Position numbers and translations under genes: made by a program. Of a stretch of 46,584 nucleotides of DNA, positions 1 through 9,842 are shown piece by piece. Every line of letters starts with the position of its first letter. The stretch's first letter is position 1. Source of the stretch: Gemmatimonadota bacterium (GTDB lineage: Bacteria; Latescibacterota; UBA2968; UBA8231); the NCBI GenBank assembly GCA_038153405.1, contig JAYOYH010000014.1, positions 55,680 through 102,263 of the forward strand, in the 5' to 3' direction. The notes beneath the pieces are model-generated. The model saw only the letters and a program-made list of their open reading frames with translations, was not told where the DNA came from and made no database searches.

Positions 1-800
1 TGCCCGGCCCGGTGCGCCAGCTGCCGGTGCGCGCCGTCAATCTGCCGTGGATGATCGATCCCGCGCACATCAAGAGCCGCTTGGGCATCGAAGAAGTGCA
101 CCTGCTCAACGATTTGCAGGCCACCTCATACGGCACGCGCGCACTGCGCGAAGACGATCTCTACACGCTCAACGCAGGAGTGCCCGACGCCGAGGGCAAC
201 GTCGCTGTCATTGCCGCCGGCACGGGTCTGGGCGAGGGCGGTCTAGTGTGGACTGGCGAACGCCACGTGTCGATTGCCTCAGAGGGCGGGCACTCTACCT
301 TTTCGCCCGGCAGCGATTTAGAAGTCGACCTTGCACGCTACCTAAGCCAACAGTTCGACCACGTCAGCTGGGAGCGCATCGTTTCCGGGCCCGGGCTTGC
401 ATCGATATACGATTTTCTGCGCGATCGCCAGCCCGAGCGCGAAAGCGCGTGGCTGCGCGAAGCCCTAGCCGAAGGAGACCGCTCCAACGCCATCGCCAAC
501 GCAGCGCTAGAAGAGCGGTGCGCATTGGCCGGTGAGGCCATGGACTTCTTCGTATACCTCTACGGCTGCGAGGCCGGCAACCTGGCCCTTAAGCTCATGT
601 CCACGGGTGGACTTTTTGTCGGCGGTGGCATCGCCCCCAAGATCCTCACGCGGCTGCAGCAGAGCCGCTTTATGGAGGGTTTTTTCCACAAGGGCCGCAT
701 GCGACAGGCGCTCGAATCCGTCCCCGTCCACGTCGTGCTCAACGACAAAACGGCGCTGCTCGGTGCGGCCTATTGGGGTTCACTGCACCCCGAGTCTTAG
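1..800 (+). CDS. glk: Glucokinase (Glk family), 5'-truncated by window edge
   Basis: Frame is open from the window start (PGPV...NLPW); motifs LLNDLQA, AAGTGLGEG, SEGGH, ERIVSGPGL, GGGIAPK. Confidence 0.92.
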   Translation, partial: PGPVRQLPVRAVNLPWMIDPAHIKSRLGIEEVHLLNDLQATSYGTRALREDDLYTLNAGVPDAEGNVAVIAAGTGLGEGGLVWTGERHVSIASEGGHSTFSPGSDLEVDLARYLSQQFDHVSWERIVSGPGLASIYDFLRDRQPERESAWLREALAEGDRSNAIANAALEERCALAGEAMDFFVYLYGCEAGNLALKLMSTGGLFVGGGIAPKILTRLQQSRFMEGFFHKGRMRQALESVPVHVVLNDKTALLGAAYWGSLHPES

Positions 801-822
801 CGCGGCGCGGCCTCGGCAAGCG

Positions 823-1899
823 CTACGGACTGGGCGGCAGGGCACGCAGCAGCGTGCACCGACCCTGCACCTGTGCGCGCTCTACAGCGGCCGGCACAAA
901 GTAACGCGACCACGGGCGCAGCGGCCACTGCTGGCCGTTGATACATAGCACGCCCTCTCCTTCTAACGCGATGAGAATGGAAAAGCGCTCATCCATGGCC
1001 AACTCTACGGCGGATAGCACCTCTAGGCGCCGCAGTTCAAAGCGGTCCGTTTGTGGCGCGCTCAATAGAGCATCCTCACGCCCTCCGATCCCCTCGACCA
1101 GTGCGCGCACGCGCGGCCCAAAGCGCTCGGCAACCTGCGGCAGCGGATACGCTTCATAATCAAACAGGTCCAATACGCGATCGAGACCCAACCCCATCGT
1201 GCGCGACGACTCGGGCAGCGCGAGTCCGCCGTGTGCATACTCGCAGCGCACGACGAAATCGGTCGGTTCCTGCACTTCGACCATAAAAATACCAGGGCCA
1301 ATGGCGTGCGGCAGGCCGCCTTCGACCAGCAGTACATCGCCTGGTTCCACCGGCACGCGCTCAAAACAGGCCTCCATGGCCCCCACGTCCTGTGCTTCAA
1401 CTATGCGCTTCCACGCTGCTGGCGTCGGCGGATGCTGAAAGCCTAGGTAGACCCACGCAGGGCTCTGGCGCGTCTCCAATATGTACCACGCCTCCGTCTT
1501 GCCACTGTGCGCACCCAAATGCTGTCGCGCCCATGCTACGGACGGATGCGCCTGGATGTGCAGGCGCATGGCCGCATCGAGCAGCTTGACCAGCAGCTGT
1601 GGATGGGTGCCATACGCGCGCACGTGCTCGCGCCCCAGCGCCCGCTCGGGATCGCGGCCGTACACCTCTTCCATGGAGATAACGCGCCCATCGGGCGTGC
1701 GCGCCTTGCCCACGCCCTCATCGCGCATGGCCTCGCGGCCGGCATTGGCCGCACGCGTCGTCGAGCCCACCCAATCTTCGGGAAAGTGATCGTCGCCGCC
1801 GCCCAATCCTTCGATGCGATTGAGCACGGCACCACCCCGGTAGGTGCGCCAAACGCGGTTGCTCAAAATCTCAAATGCCCCATCGTATGCCATGCTCAT
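823..1899 (-). CDS. Type I mannose-6-phosphate isomerase-like cupin protein
   Basis: LLVKLLDA..RLHIQAHP, KTEAWY and HAIG carry the Q/H/E/H Zn-ligand pattern of type I PMI; substrate not certain. Confidence 0.8.
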   Translation of the reverse strand: MSMAYDGAFEILSNRVWRTYRGGAVLNRIEGLGGGDDHFPEDWVGSTTRAANAGREAMRDEGVGKARTPDGRVISMEEVYGRDPERALGREHVRAYGTHPQLLVKLLDAAMRLHIQAHPSVAWARQHLGAHSGKTEAWYILETRQSPAWVYLGFQHPPTPAAWKRIVEAQDVGAMEACFERVPVEPGDVLLVEGGLPHAIGPGIFMVEVQEPTDFVVRCEYAHGGLALPESSRTMGLGLDRVLDLFDYEAYPLPQVAERFGPRVRALVEGIGGREDALLSAPQTDRFELRRLEVLSAVELAMDERFSILIALEGEGVLCINGQQWPLRPWSRYFVPAAVERAQVQGRCTLLRALPPSP

Positions 1900-1928
1900 A
1901 GTGTCACCTTGAGTTCAACGCCGTTCTT

Positions 1929-1940
1929 GTTTATATAAAC
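1929..1940. promoter_or_regulatory. Perfect 12-bp AT-rich palindrome in divergent promoter region (possible operator)
   Basis: GTTTATATAAAC in the 81-bp gap between divergent genes. Confidence 0.35.
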
Positions 1941-1980
1941 GGCCCCGCTCATACTGCGCCGCTACGCGAAACGAGAATGC

Positions 1981-3279
1981 ATGTCCTTCACCGACCCAGT
2001 GCACGGGCTACACTGCGTGCTCGAACAGCTCTCTATTCCCGACGCCGCAGAGCTGTTTGCACCGCACTGGGAAGACTCCATTGCCGCGCTGCCCGATGGT
2101 ATCCCGCGCTTCTTGCACGTCGATGCCATACGCGAATACACCGCTTTAGCGCATCTGCCCGATGACGCCCACGCCGCGCTGTTGCACGCCGCCGAGCGCA
2201 CGGCAGCGTCGCCCGCCCTGCTCCAATTTGCCTGGCACTGCCAGCGCCTGCTGGGCGAGCACTTCGATTACGAAGTGGCCAAAATCCGCCAGTGGCCAAC
2301 GCTCGAGCGCGCACTCGGCGATCTGTCTGGTGCGTTTTACTTGCTGGTCGGTTTGGCAGCGATCCCGCGCATGCGCGCCGTCCACGCCCGACTCGGCATA
2401 CCCGACGACATCAGCCACGCCACCTGTGGACGCCACTACCCAGAAACACTGGGCCGCTACCGCGCACACCACGACGGGCGCACAGGCGTCTTGCCCGGAG
2501 CACTCTACTGGTTGCGCAACTACGTGCTGGGCGACCTCTATCGGATTGGCCGACTCGAATATATGATTCGCCCTTTCCCCGCGCGCGTGTGCGTCTACCG
2601 CCATCGCAATACGCGCGCCGTCGTCGCGCTAGCGACGGACGGCAGTCACTTTGACGAGGATGGTCTCGCCACAGCGGCCGATGCACCGGGCGCCCGCCGG
2701 GCCGCGCTGTGGGAAGCGGACGGGGCCGTCCACGGCACCCCCATTGCCCCGGACGGCTATGCCATAGCCAATGCGTGCACACTGCCACTAGAAAACTGGC
2801 AGTGCGTTCTCGCACCAGGCGATTCCATTCTCGACGTGCACATTCCCACCGGCGGCCAGATGACGCTGGAACGCTGCCGCGACTCCATGCAGGAAGCCAT
2901 GGCGTTTTTCGCGCACCACTTTCCACGGCAGTCGTTCTCGGCCTTTGCCTGTGGTTCGTGGATTCTCAACCCGCAGCTGGCACAGATCTATCGGCCCGAT
3001 TCAAACATGGTTCTGTGGCAGCGTGAACTCTACCTCTACCCCATCCCCTCAGGCGACCGCTCCGGCCTTGTCTTCGTATTTGGCAAAGACGATGTCGATA
3101 TAGAGACAGCTCCGCGCAATACCAGCCTGCGCCGCGCCCTGCTCGAGCACATGCGGGCAGGCGGGCGTCTTATCGGCGGCGGCATGTTCTTCCTGTGCGA
3201 GGACTTCGACCAATTCGGCACTGCAGTCTACCGTAGCCAGTGGAACGACCGAGCCGTTCCGCTCGAGCGCACGCCGTAA
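1981..3279 (+). CDS. Acyltransferase-domain protein (NAT_N + GNAT_C type)
   Basis: 432-aa ORF; GIPDDISHAT, YRIGRLEY, LDVHIP, FACGSWILNPQL and SNMVLWQ match the GNAT-like C-terminal acyltransferase family. Confidence 0.75.
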   Translation: MSFTDPVHGLHCVLEQLSIPDAAELFAPHWEDSIAALPDGIPRFLHVDAIREYTALAHLPDDAHAALLHAAERTAASPALLQFAWHCQRLLGEHFDYEVAKIRQWPTLERALGDLSGAFYLLVGLAAIPRMRAVHARLGIPDDISHATCGRHYPETLGRYRAHHDGRTGVLPGALYWLRNYVLGDLYRIGRLEYMIRPFPARVCVYRHRNTRAVVALATDGSHFDEDGLATAADAPGARRAALWEADGAVHGTPIAPDGYAIANACTLPLENWQCVLAPGDSILDVHIPTGGQMTLERCRDSMQEAMAFFAHHFPRQSFSAFACGSWILNPQLAQIYRPDSNMVLWQRELYLYPIPSGDRSGLVFVFGKDDVDIETAPRNTSLRRALLEHMRAGGRLIGGGMFFLCEDFDQFGTAVYRSQWNDRAVPLERTP

Positions 3280-3302
3280 CGCATCGGCTCCAGCTGCTAA
3301 AC

Positions 3303-3330
3303 AAAAAGGGCGGGGATCGCTCCCAGCCCT
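3303..3330 (-). terminator. Intrinsic terminator of the glyA-enolase-PLP enzyme operon
   Basis: Minus strand AGGGCTGGGA-GCGA-TCCCCGCCCT followed by TTTTGTTT, about 40 bp after the stop at 3370. Confidence 0.7.
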
Positions 3331-3369
3331 CCGTTCTGCAACTCGAATTCCGCACAGCCTCTGGCGGAC

Positions 3370-4575
3370 CTACCCGCCCAGCAGCTGGCGCAGGCGCGCG
3401 GCAATGAGGGAAGCCTCACCCTCTTTGAGGCACGTCGGTCCAAAGACGACGGCCCCTTCGCTGACATACGTAGGATTGGCCGCGATGCTCGGCGTCCCCT
3501 CTTCCAGCACGCGCACCAATTCGAGCGCCGATAAACCCGCCCGCTCCTCGTCAATGACTAGCCGCACCGATGGCACCTCTGCGCGCTTGCGGTCGGCAAC
3601 AACCGCGATCTGCGCATGCGCAAGCGAACCGCTCTCGCGCACCAACTCTTCCATAATGCCTAACCAGCGCTGCTGGCGCTGCTGCGGATCCTCCTCGACG
3701 AAGAGACGCAGCGCAGTCAGCAAACCGACGATCTCTTCTTTGCCCACCTTGCACGGACGGCCAATGCCGTGCTGCGGTGCACCAGGCAGTTGCGTGCGGT
3801 CAATGAGTCCAGCCGGCGGACGCCACAGTTCCGGCATCACATCTAAGTCGAGATGCTGCAGCGCAGCAGCGGCGATTAAGTCGGCGCGGCCGCACAAAAT
3901 ACCCGAGCTCTGCGGCCCACCGATGGCCTTGCCGCCGCTAAAGGCGACCAGGTCTGCCCCCTCGGCGATAAAGCGCTTTAGGTTTTCTACAGGCGGCACC
4001 TGGCCGGCTGCATCCACGATCACGGGGATGCCGTGCGCGTGGGCCGCCGCCACGACCTCGGCGAGCGGGGGCTGCGTATGCGCATAGGAAACGTATACGA
4101 CGGCTGCCGTATGCTCGTTGACCGCCGCGCCGATTTCCCACCCCTCGGCGTCGCGCACGCCGGCGCCGCTAAAGCGATCGGCAATGCCCACCTCGACCAG
4201 CTTAATCCCGACCGACCGCACGGCGTGGTCGTAGAAATTGCGATGGCTGCGCGCCATAATCACTTCGTTTTTCATGCCCGTCGTATCGGGCAGGCGATTC
4301 ATCTTGCCCGGATCCAATCCCGTTACACAGGCCGCCGTACCCAGCAGCAAACCGGCTGCGGCACCACTCGTTACATAGCCCGCTTGGGCTCCGGTGTACT
4401 CGGCAATGATCTGGCTGGCGCGCGCCTGCAAATGGGCGATGTCGACGCAGTGCTGCGAAGCCGCCGCCATAGCTTCAGCCACTTCTGGGCGCATAATGCC
4501 ACCGCTCAGTCGCGTCGACGGACCAACGGCATTGATGATCGTCGGCACGCCGAGGACCTCGTAGATATGGCTCAT
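3370..4575 (-). CDS. SelA/DgaE-like fold type I PLP-dependent enzyme
   Basis: INAVGPSTRLSG, VTSGAAAGL, IVDAAG, FSGGKAIGGPQSSG (PLP Lys), IGRPCKVGKEEIVGL; short form without the SelA N-terminal tRNA-binding domain. Confidence 0.85.
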   Translation of the reverse strand: MSHIYEVLGVPTIINAVGPSTRLSGGIMRPEVAEAMAAASQHCVDIAHLQARASQIIAEYTGAQAGYVTSGAAAGLLLGTAACVTGLDPGKMNRLPDTTGMKNEVIMARSHRNFYDHAVRSVGIKLVEVGIADRFSGAGVRDAEGWEIGAAVNEHTAAVVYVSYAHTQPPLAEVVAAAHAHGIPVIVDAAGQVPPVENLKRFIAEGADLVAFSGGKAIGGPQSSGILCGRADLIAAAALQHLDLDVMPELWRPPAGLIDRTQLPGAPQHGIGRPCKVGKEEIVGLLTALRLFVEEDPQQRQQRWLGIMEELVRESGSLAHAQIAVVADRKRAEVPSVRLVIDEERAGLSALELVRVLEEGTPSIAANPTYVSEGAVVFGPTCLKEGEASLIAARLRQLLGG

Positions 4576-5675
4576 AGCTGAAATACTTTCTCGCGCACCA
4601 AATACCGCTGCGCGGCGTCGCGGTTTAGCGTAAACCCCAGTCCGGGACGATCCGGCACGCGCAGGGCTCCGTTGGCAAACTCAAAGGATTCATTGGTCAG
4701 ATCGTCGTCCCACGCCATCGGCCCCACCATATCGTAGGGCTGGCTCAAATTCGGCATGCAGGCCGCCACGTGCAGGCCCAACGCCGCGCCCGGACCATAG
4801 GCCACCGTTTGCGACCAGCCCCCCATGCCTAGGCTGTGTGCCAGCTGCGACTGAGCTAGCGTAGCGGTAGCCGTGGCGGAACCGACGATGGCATAGTCCA
4901 ACGCTTCGGCCTGAAAGCGCCGCACCAAGTCGGCGGCGTCGTAGACGTGGTCGGCTACCGGCAGCGCAATAGTCTGGCGCAGGCGACGCCACTCGCAAAA
5001 GGTGCCGGCCGACGCCCCCTTGGCAATGGGGCTTTCGAGGGAGTCGAGGGCATGGCCCTGCAGGCGACGCGCCAGCTCTTGAGCCACCCACACTTCTTCC
5101 AAACGCCAGCGAATGTCCGGGCGTACGACCATGTCTGGCAGCGCGCGGTGAATGGCTTCGACGCGATCGACGACGTAGCGCACGCGCGCCTCGGCCGTCG
5201 TTTCGGAGGCCGTAATGCACTTCATCTTGTAGCAGCGAAAACCCTGATTCCAGCCCCACTGCGCATCTTCAGCCGTGTTGGCTGGCGACTTATAGCCGGT
5301 GCACTGGGTGATGGGCACCCACTCGCGCACTCGACCGCCTAGCAGCTGATAGACCGGAACGCCCAGTGCCTGCGCACGCAGGTCGAGCACGGCCTGTTCA
5401 AACGAACCGGGCAGCGCAGCGGCTGGCTGCCCTAGGTTGACTTCCAGCACATTGCAACCGAGCCAGGCATTGAGCTGCTCTTCGACAACGGCATCGGACG
5501 TGAAGCGCTCGATTTGCGTCAGCCCAACCAAGCCGGCATCGGTCTCTACTTCGGCAATGCCGTGCTCGGCGCGCTGGTGCAGCGGCTGACCGTAGTGCTC
5601 ATCGGACCACCACGGCTGCACATGCCGCCGCTCCGGCACGTTGACCACGCGCAGGTGAATGCGCCGAATTTTCAT
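4572..5675 (-). CDS. Mandelate racemase/muconate lactonizing enzyme (enolase superfamily) protein
   Basis: DLRAQALGVPVYQLLGG capping motif, YKMK, metal-ligand positions D(IR)/E(SP)/D(H), C-terminal PDRPGLGF; stop overlaps next start. Confidence 0.85.
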   Translation of the reverse strand: MKIRRIHLRVVNVPERRHVQPWWSDEHYGQPLHQRAEHGIAEVETDAGLVGLTQIERFTSDAVVEEQLNAWLGCNVLEVNLGQPAAALPGSFEQAVLDLRAQALGVPVYQLLGGRVREWVPITQCTGYKSPANTAEDAQWGWNQGFRCYKMKCITASETTAEARVRYVVDRVEAIHRALPDMVVRPDIRWRLEEVWVAQELARRLQGHALDSLESPIAKGASAGTFCEWRRLRQTIALPVADHVYDAADLVRRFQAEALDYAIVGSATATATLAQSQLAHSLGMGGWSQTVAYGPGAALGLHVAACMPNLSQPYDMVGPMAWDDDLTNESFEFANGALRVPDRPGLGFTLNRDAAQRYLVREKVFQL

Positions 5676-5704
5676 AGGACAGCTCCGTCTAGGCCTGCAG
5701 TTGC

Positions 5705-7030
5705 TCAGCCAATGGCGCGCCCATCTTCGCCGTAGAGTAGGCCGGGCGCCTTAAAGCGGTCGCAGAGAGCCCGCACCTCGTCGGCCATTGCGCGATAGGC
5801 ATTTTTGCGACCTTCTAAGTCGAGCGTCTCGTCGGCGCGCACCTGCGCAACGCGATCCATCCACTCGGCCAATTGCACCATTTCGCTCGCACCAAAGCCG
5901 CGGCTGGTAATGGCCGGCGTGCCGATGCGGATACCGCTGGGGTTCATAGCCGGACGCGGATCAAAGGGAATGCGATTAAAGTTGCAGACGATGCCAGAGG
6001 CATCCAGCGCCTTGGCCATCTGCCGGCCCGTCAGCCCCTTGCTCGTCACGTCGATGAGAATGAGATGGTTGTCCGACCCACCCGAACTCAGGGCAAATCC
6101 GCGCTCGACCAGCGCCGCGGCCAGCGCGCGCGAGTTATCGACAATTTGCTGCGCGTACGCCTTGAACTCCGGCGTCATCGCCTCTTTCAGCGCCACGGCC
6201 AACCCAGCGGTCGTATGGTTGTGTGGACCGCCTTGCAGGCCGGGAAAAACGGCCTTGTCCAGCGCTTCGGCATATTCCTTCTTGCACATGATCATGCCGC
6301 CGCGCGGGCCGCGCAGCGACTTGTGCGTCGTCGTCGTCGTCACATCGACGTGCGGCACCGGAGACGGGTGCACACCGGCGGCGACCAGCCCTGATATATG
6401 GGCAATGTCGGCGACGACGATAGCCCCCACGCTCTTGCCGATGGCGGCAAAGCGCTCGAAGTCGACAACGCGCGGATAGGCCGTCGCCCCGCAAAACAGC
6501 AACCGCGGCTTGTGCTCTTTGGCCAGCGCCTCAACCTGCGCGTAGTCAATCTCACCGTCCTCTTCGCGCACGCCGTACTGCACGGACGTATAATGCATCC
6601 CCGATATGCTTACTTTATCGCCGTGCGTTAGGTGACCGCCGTGCGCCAGCGATAGGCCCATGACGACGTCGCCAGGCGAAGCCAACCCCACGTAGACGGC
6701 CTGATTAGCCGGCGATCCTGAATAGGGCTGCACATTTATATGCTCGGCGCCAAAAACCTGCTTGGCGCGCTCGATGCAAAGCATTTCCAGTTTGTCGATT
6801 TGCTGCTGCCCCTCGTAATAGCGGTCCTGAGCATATCCTTCGGAATACTTGTTGGTAAGGATCGTGCCGGTCGCCTCTAACACGGCCCGACTGGCGTAGT
6901 TTTCGGAGGGAATGAGGCGGATCTTATTGTGTTGGCGCTTGTTTTCGGCGCGAATAATAGACGCGACTTCGGGGTCGGACTCGTTTAGCGTTGCCATTGG
7001 ATCGACATGCGCGGCGCTCACTGATTCCAT
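5705..7030 (-). CDS. glyA: Serine hydroxymethyltransferase
   Basis: LIPSENY, NKYSEGY, NVQPYSGSPAN, HGGHLTHG, TTTTHKSLRGPRGG, SGIRIGTPAITSRG; start placed at ATG 7030 after a GAGAGG RBS. Confidence 0.96.
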   Translation of the reverse strand: MESVSAAHVDPMATLNESDPEVASIIRAENKRQHNKIRLIPSENYASRAVLEATGTILTNKYSEGYAQDRYYEGQQQIDKLEMLCIERAKQVFGAEHINVQPYSGSPANQAVYVGLASPGDVVMGLSLAHGGHLTHGDKVSISGMHYTSVQYGVREEDGEIDYAQVEALAKEHKPRLLFCGATAYPRVVDFERFAAIGKSVGAIVVADIAHISGLVAAGVHPSPVPHVDVTTTTTHKSLRGPRGGMIMCKKEYAEALDKAVFPGLQGGPHNHTTAGLAVALKEAMTPEFKAYAQQIVDNSRALAAALVERGFALSSGGSDNHLILIDVTSKGLTGRQMAKALDASGIVCNFNRIPFDPRPAMNPSGIRIGTPAITSRGFGASEMVQLAEWMDRVAQVRADETLDLEGRKNAYRAMADEVRALCDRFKAPGLLYGEDGRAIG

Positions 7031-7103
7031 TCTTTGCCTCTCGTTGCGATCTTTTGTTAAGTTATGCTTCAATCAAAACAAGAAACTATAGCAGAGGTTT
7101 TTC

Positions 7104-8663
7104 ATGGGCAAGTACCTCGGCCTTGATTCCAGCACCCAGTCGCTAACTGGCCTGATTATCGACACCGATGAGTGCGCAATTACTACCGAAATTTCAATCA
7201 ATTTTGACGCGCATTTTGCCGCGCGCTACGGCGTTGAAAACGGCGTAATCGAACTGAATGACGGCGCCGTGCACAGCGCACCGCTGATGTGGGCCGACGC
7301 GCTCGATCTGCTCTTTGAAACCCTGCGCACGGAGGGCGTCGAACTCGGGGAAATCGGGGCGATCGCCGGCAGCGGCCAGCAGCATGGCACGGTCTATCTG
7401 AACGCCTCGGCAGCGGGTGCGCTGGCGCAACTCGACCCACAGCGCAGCTTGGCCGACCAGCTCGAGCAGGTCTTCTCGCGCGCGACTTCGCCGATCTGGA
7501 TGGATACTTCGACCGGCGCGCAGTGCGCCCAAATCGAGGCGGGCGTCGGCGGGCGTGACGCTCTGCTCGAGCTGACGGGCAACACCGCCTTTGAGCGCTT
7601 TAGCGGCCCGCAGATTCGCAAGTTTTACCAGACCGAACCCGAGGCGTACGCACAAACCCACTCCATCGGCCTCGTTTCCTCCTACGTGGCCAGCCTGCTG
7701 GCAGGCAAACTCATAGGCGTCGACCCAGGCGATGCCAGCGGCACAAATATGATGGATATACGCAGCCGCCAGTGGAGCACAACCGCGCTCGACGCGACGG
7801 CGCCCGAACTACACAACAAGCTGTTTCCCGTCATCCCGTCGGACGCGTTTGCCGGTGCGATCAGCCCGTATTTTTCCGCGCGTTACGGCTTTGCGCCAAC
7901 CTGTGCCATACTTCCCTTTTCCGGCGACAACCCCTGCAGCGCCATCGGTCTAGGCCTCATCGAGCCAGGCAAAGTCGCCCTGAGTCTAGGCACTTCGGAC
8001 ACGCTCTTCGCCTGCATGGACCAACCGCGCGTATCGCGCAGCGGCGAGGGTTGCGTATTCGCCCTACCCGACGGCAGCAATTATATGGCACTGGTCTGCT
8101 TTCTCAACGGAAGCCTGGCGCGCGAAGCGGTGCGCGATGAATACGGACTGGACTGGGACGGCTTTACCGCCGCCCTGCGCCAGACCCAGCCGGGCAACGG
8201 CGGCGCCCTTATGCTGCCCTACTTTGATCCGGAAATCGTGCCCAAGGTTGCCGAACCCAAGGTCGTGCGCCACCGCCTCGACCGCGCCGACGTCAGCGCC
8301 AACGTGCGCGCCGTCATCGAGGCTCAGGCCCTCTCGTCCAAGATTCACGCGCACTGGATGGGCATCGATATCACTTCGCTCTACGTAACCGGCGGCGCAT
8401 CGGCCAACCGCGACATTCTGCGCGTCTACGCCGATGTGCACAACTGTCCAGTGCACCAATTTGAAACGACTAACTCAGCCGCCCTCGGCGCGGCCCTGCG
8501 CGCGGCCCAAGCCGACGAAGGGACTAACTGGCGGGACGCAGTCGAACCCTTTACCCAACCGATGGGCAAAGCCATCGCGCCGAATCGTGTCGCCGTGCAG
8601 ACCTATGCGCGCCTGCTCGACGAGTACGCGGCACTGGAACGAATGCACGCACCGAGCACTTAG
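7104..8663 (+). CDS. xylB: D-xylulose kinase, FGGY family (eukaryote-like subtype)
   Basis: LGLDSSTQS, GSGQQHG, SPIWMD.ST..QC, ERFSGPQI, GDNP, SLGTSDT, NGSLARE, TGGAS. Confidence 0.85.
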   Translation: MGKYLGLDSSTQSLTGLIIDTDECAITTEISINFDAHFAARYGVENGVIELNDGAVHSAPLMWADALDLLFETLRTEGVELGEIGAIAGSGQQHGTVYLNASAAGALAQLDPQRSLADQLEQVFSRATSPIWMDTSTGAQCAQIEAGVGGRDALLELTGNTAFERFSGPQIRKFYQTEPEAYAQTHSIGLVSSYVASLLAGKLIGVDPGDASGTNMMDIRSRQWSTTALDATAPELHNKLFPVIPSDAFAGAISPYFSARYGFAPTCAILPFSGDNPCSAIGLGLIEPGKVALSLGTSDTLFACMDQPRVSRSGEGCVFALPDGSNYMALVCFLNGSLAREAVRDEYGLDWDGFTAALRQTQPGNGGALMLPYFDPEIVPKVAEPKVVRHRLDRADVSANVRAVIEAQALSSKIHAHWMGIDITSLYVTGGASANRDILRVYADVHNCPVHQFETTNSAALGAALRAAQADEGTNWRDAVEPFTQPMGKAIAPNRVAVQTYARLLDEYAALERMHAPST

Positions 8664-8765
8664 CCAACGCGGTGCGATCCGTTGTAATTGGATCGCCGCG
8701 CCGACTCGGCGAGCGAACGGATACCCCATACCACGCACCGCCCATGGAGCGAGAAGGAACGAGCG

Positions 8766-9818
8766 ATGTTGCTGATAGACGCCCATTTAGACCTGGCAAT
8801 GAACGCCATCGACTGGGATCGCAATCTCGATTTAGAAGTAGATGCTATTCGCGCACTGGAAAAGGATATGACGCAGCCGGGACGCGGCAATGGCACAACC
8901 ACCTTGCCGGAGATGCGCCGCGGCGAAGTCTTCCTCTCCGTCGTTACCGTTATCTCGCGCACGGCGCGTCCTGGCCTATCCACCGGTGCGGCTAGCCAGG
9001 AAATTTCCTGCGCCAGAGCGCGCGGCCAGCTGGCCTATTACCGCGTGCTGGAGAGCCAGGGCAAGGTGCAGCTCATAACAGAAGCCCGGCAAATGGACCA
9101 ACTGCTGAGCGCGTGGCAGCGCGCAGAGGCCGCCGCGCCGCTTGGCTTTATCCTAAGCATGGAAGGGGCTGATCCCATCGTGTGGCCCGAACAGGTGCAC
9201 GAATGGTACGAACTCGGCTTGCGTCAGGTGAGCCTGTCGCACTACGGCGTTAGCGCCTACGCACACGGCACGGGGACGGAGGGCGGCCTCACGCAACAAG
9301 GGCCCGCTCTGCTCCGCGAGATGGACGCGGCCGGCATTGCGCTCGACTTGACCCATCTGGCCGATATCGCGTTTTGGGAAGCACTCGATCACTTTGGCGG
9401 CCCCGTGCTGGCCAGCCACAACAACTGCCGCGCACTGGTGCCCAACCAGCGCCAGTTCACCGACGAGCAAATTACCGCCATCCTCGAGCGCGACGGCGTC
9501 ATTGGCGCCGCCCTCGACGCCTGGATGCTCTATCCCAACTGGGTGCGCGGCGAAACCTCGCCCGAGGTACTATCGCTGAAGGCAGTGGCCGATCACATAG
9601 ACCACGTCTGCCAGCTGGCCGGCAACTGCCGCCACGCGGCCATTGGCTCCGACCTAGACGGCGGCTATGGCACGGAGCAAACGCCAAGCGATCTCAACAC
9701 CATCGCCGACCTGCAAAAGCTAGAGGAGTTGCTGACGGAGAGAGGCTACGCCGAGTCGGATATCGCCGCCATCTTCCACGGCAACTGGCTGCGTTTTTTC
9801 GATGGCGTACTGAGCTGA
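8766..9818 (+). CDS. Membrane dipeptidase family (peptidase M19) metallohydrolase
   Basis: DAHLD, SMEG, DLTH, ASHNN, IGSDLDG, GNWLRF; ATG 8766 follows a GAAGGA RBS. Confidence 0.88.
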   Translation: MLLIDAHLDLAMNAIDWDRNLDLEVDAIRALEKDMTQPGRGNGTTTLPEMRRGEVFLSVVTVISRTARPGLSTGAASQEISCARARGQLAYYRVLESQGKVQLITEARQMDQLLSAWQRAEAAAPLGFILSMEGADPIVWPEQVHEWYELGLRQVSLSHYGVSAYAHGTGTEGGLTQQGPALLREMDAAGIALDLTHLADIAFWEALDHFGGPVLASHNNCRALVPNQRQFTDEQITAILERDGVIGAALDAWMLYPNWVRGETSPEVLSLKAVADHIDHVCQLAGNCRHAAIGSDLDGGYGTEQTPSDLNTIADLQKLEELLTERGYAESDIAAIFHGNWLRFFDGVLS

Positions 9819-9842
9819 GCTGATAACCTGCAACCGCGCGCT

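Noticed and set aside
3370..4575. Selenocysteine synthase (selA) or a selenoprotein system
   Set aside because: Short SelA-like form; no selB, selD or tRNA-Sec, and no gene here needs in-frame TGA read-through
7031..7103. ZTP or other riboswitch ahead of glyA
   Set aside because: Only 73 bp shared with divergent xylB, and no aptamer motif seen
8668..8700. Hairpin GCGATCC/GGATCGC between xylB and the dipeptidase as a REP element or terminator
   Set aside because: No T tract and no second copy seen in the window; probably just an intercistronic stem
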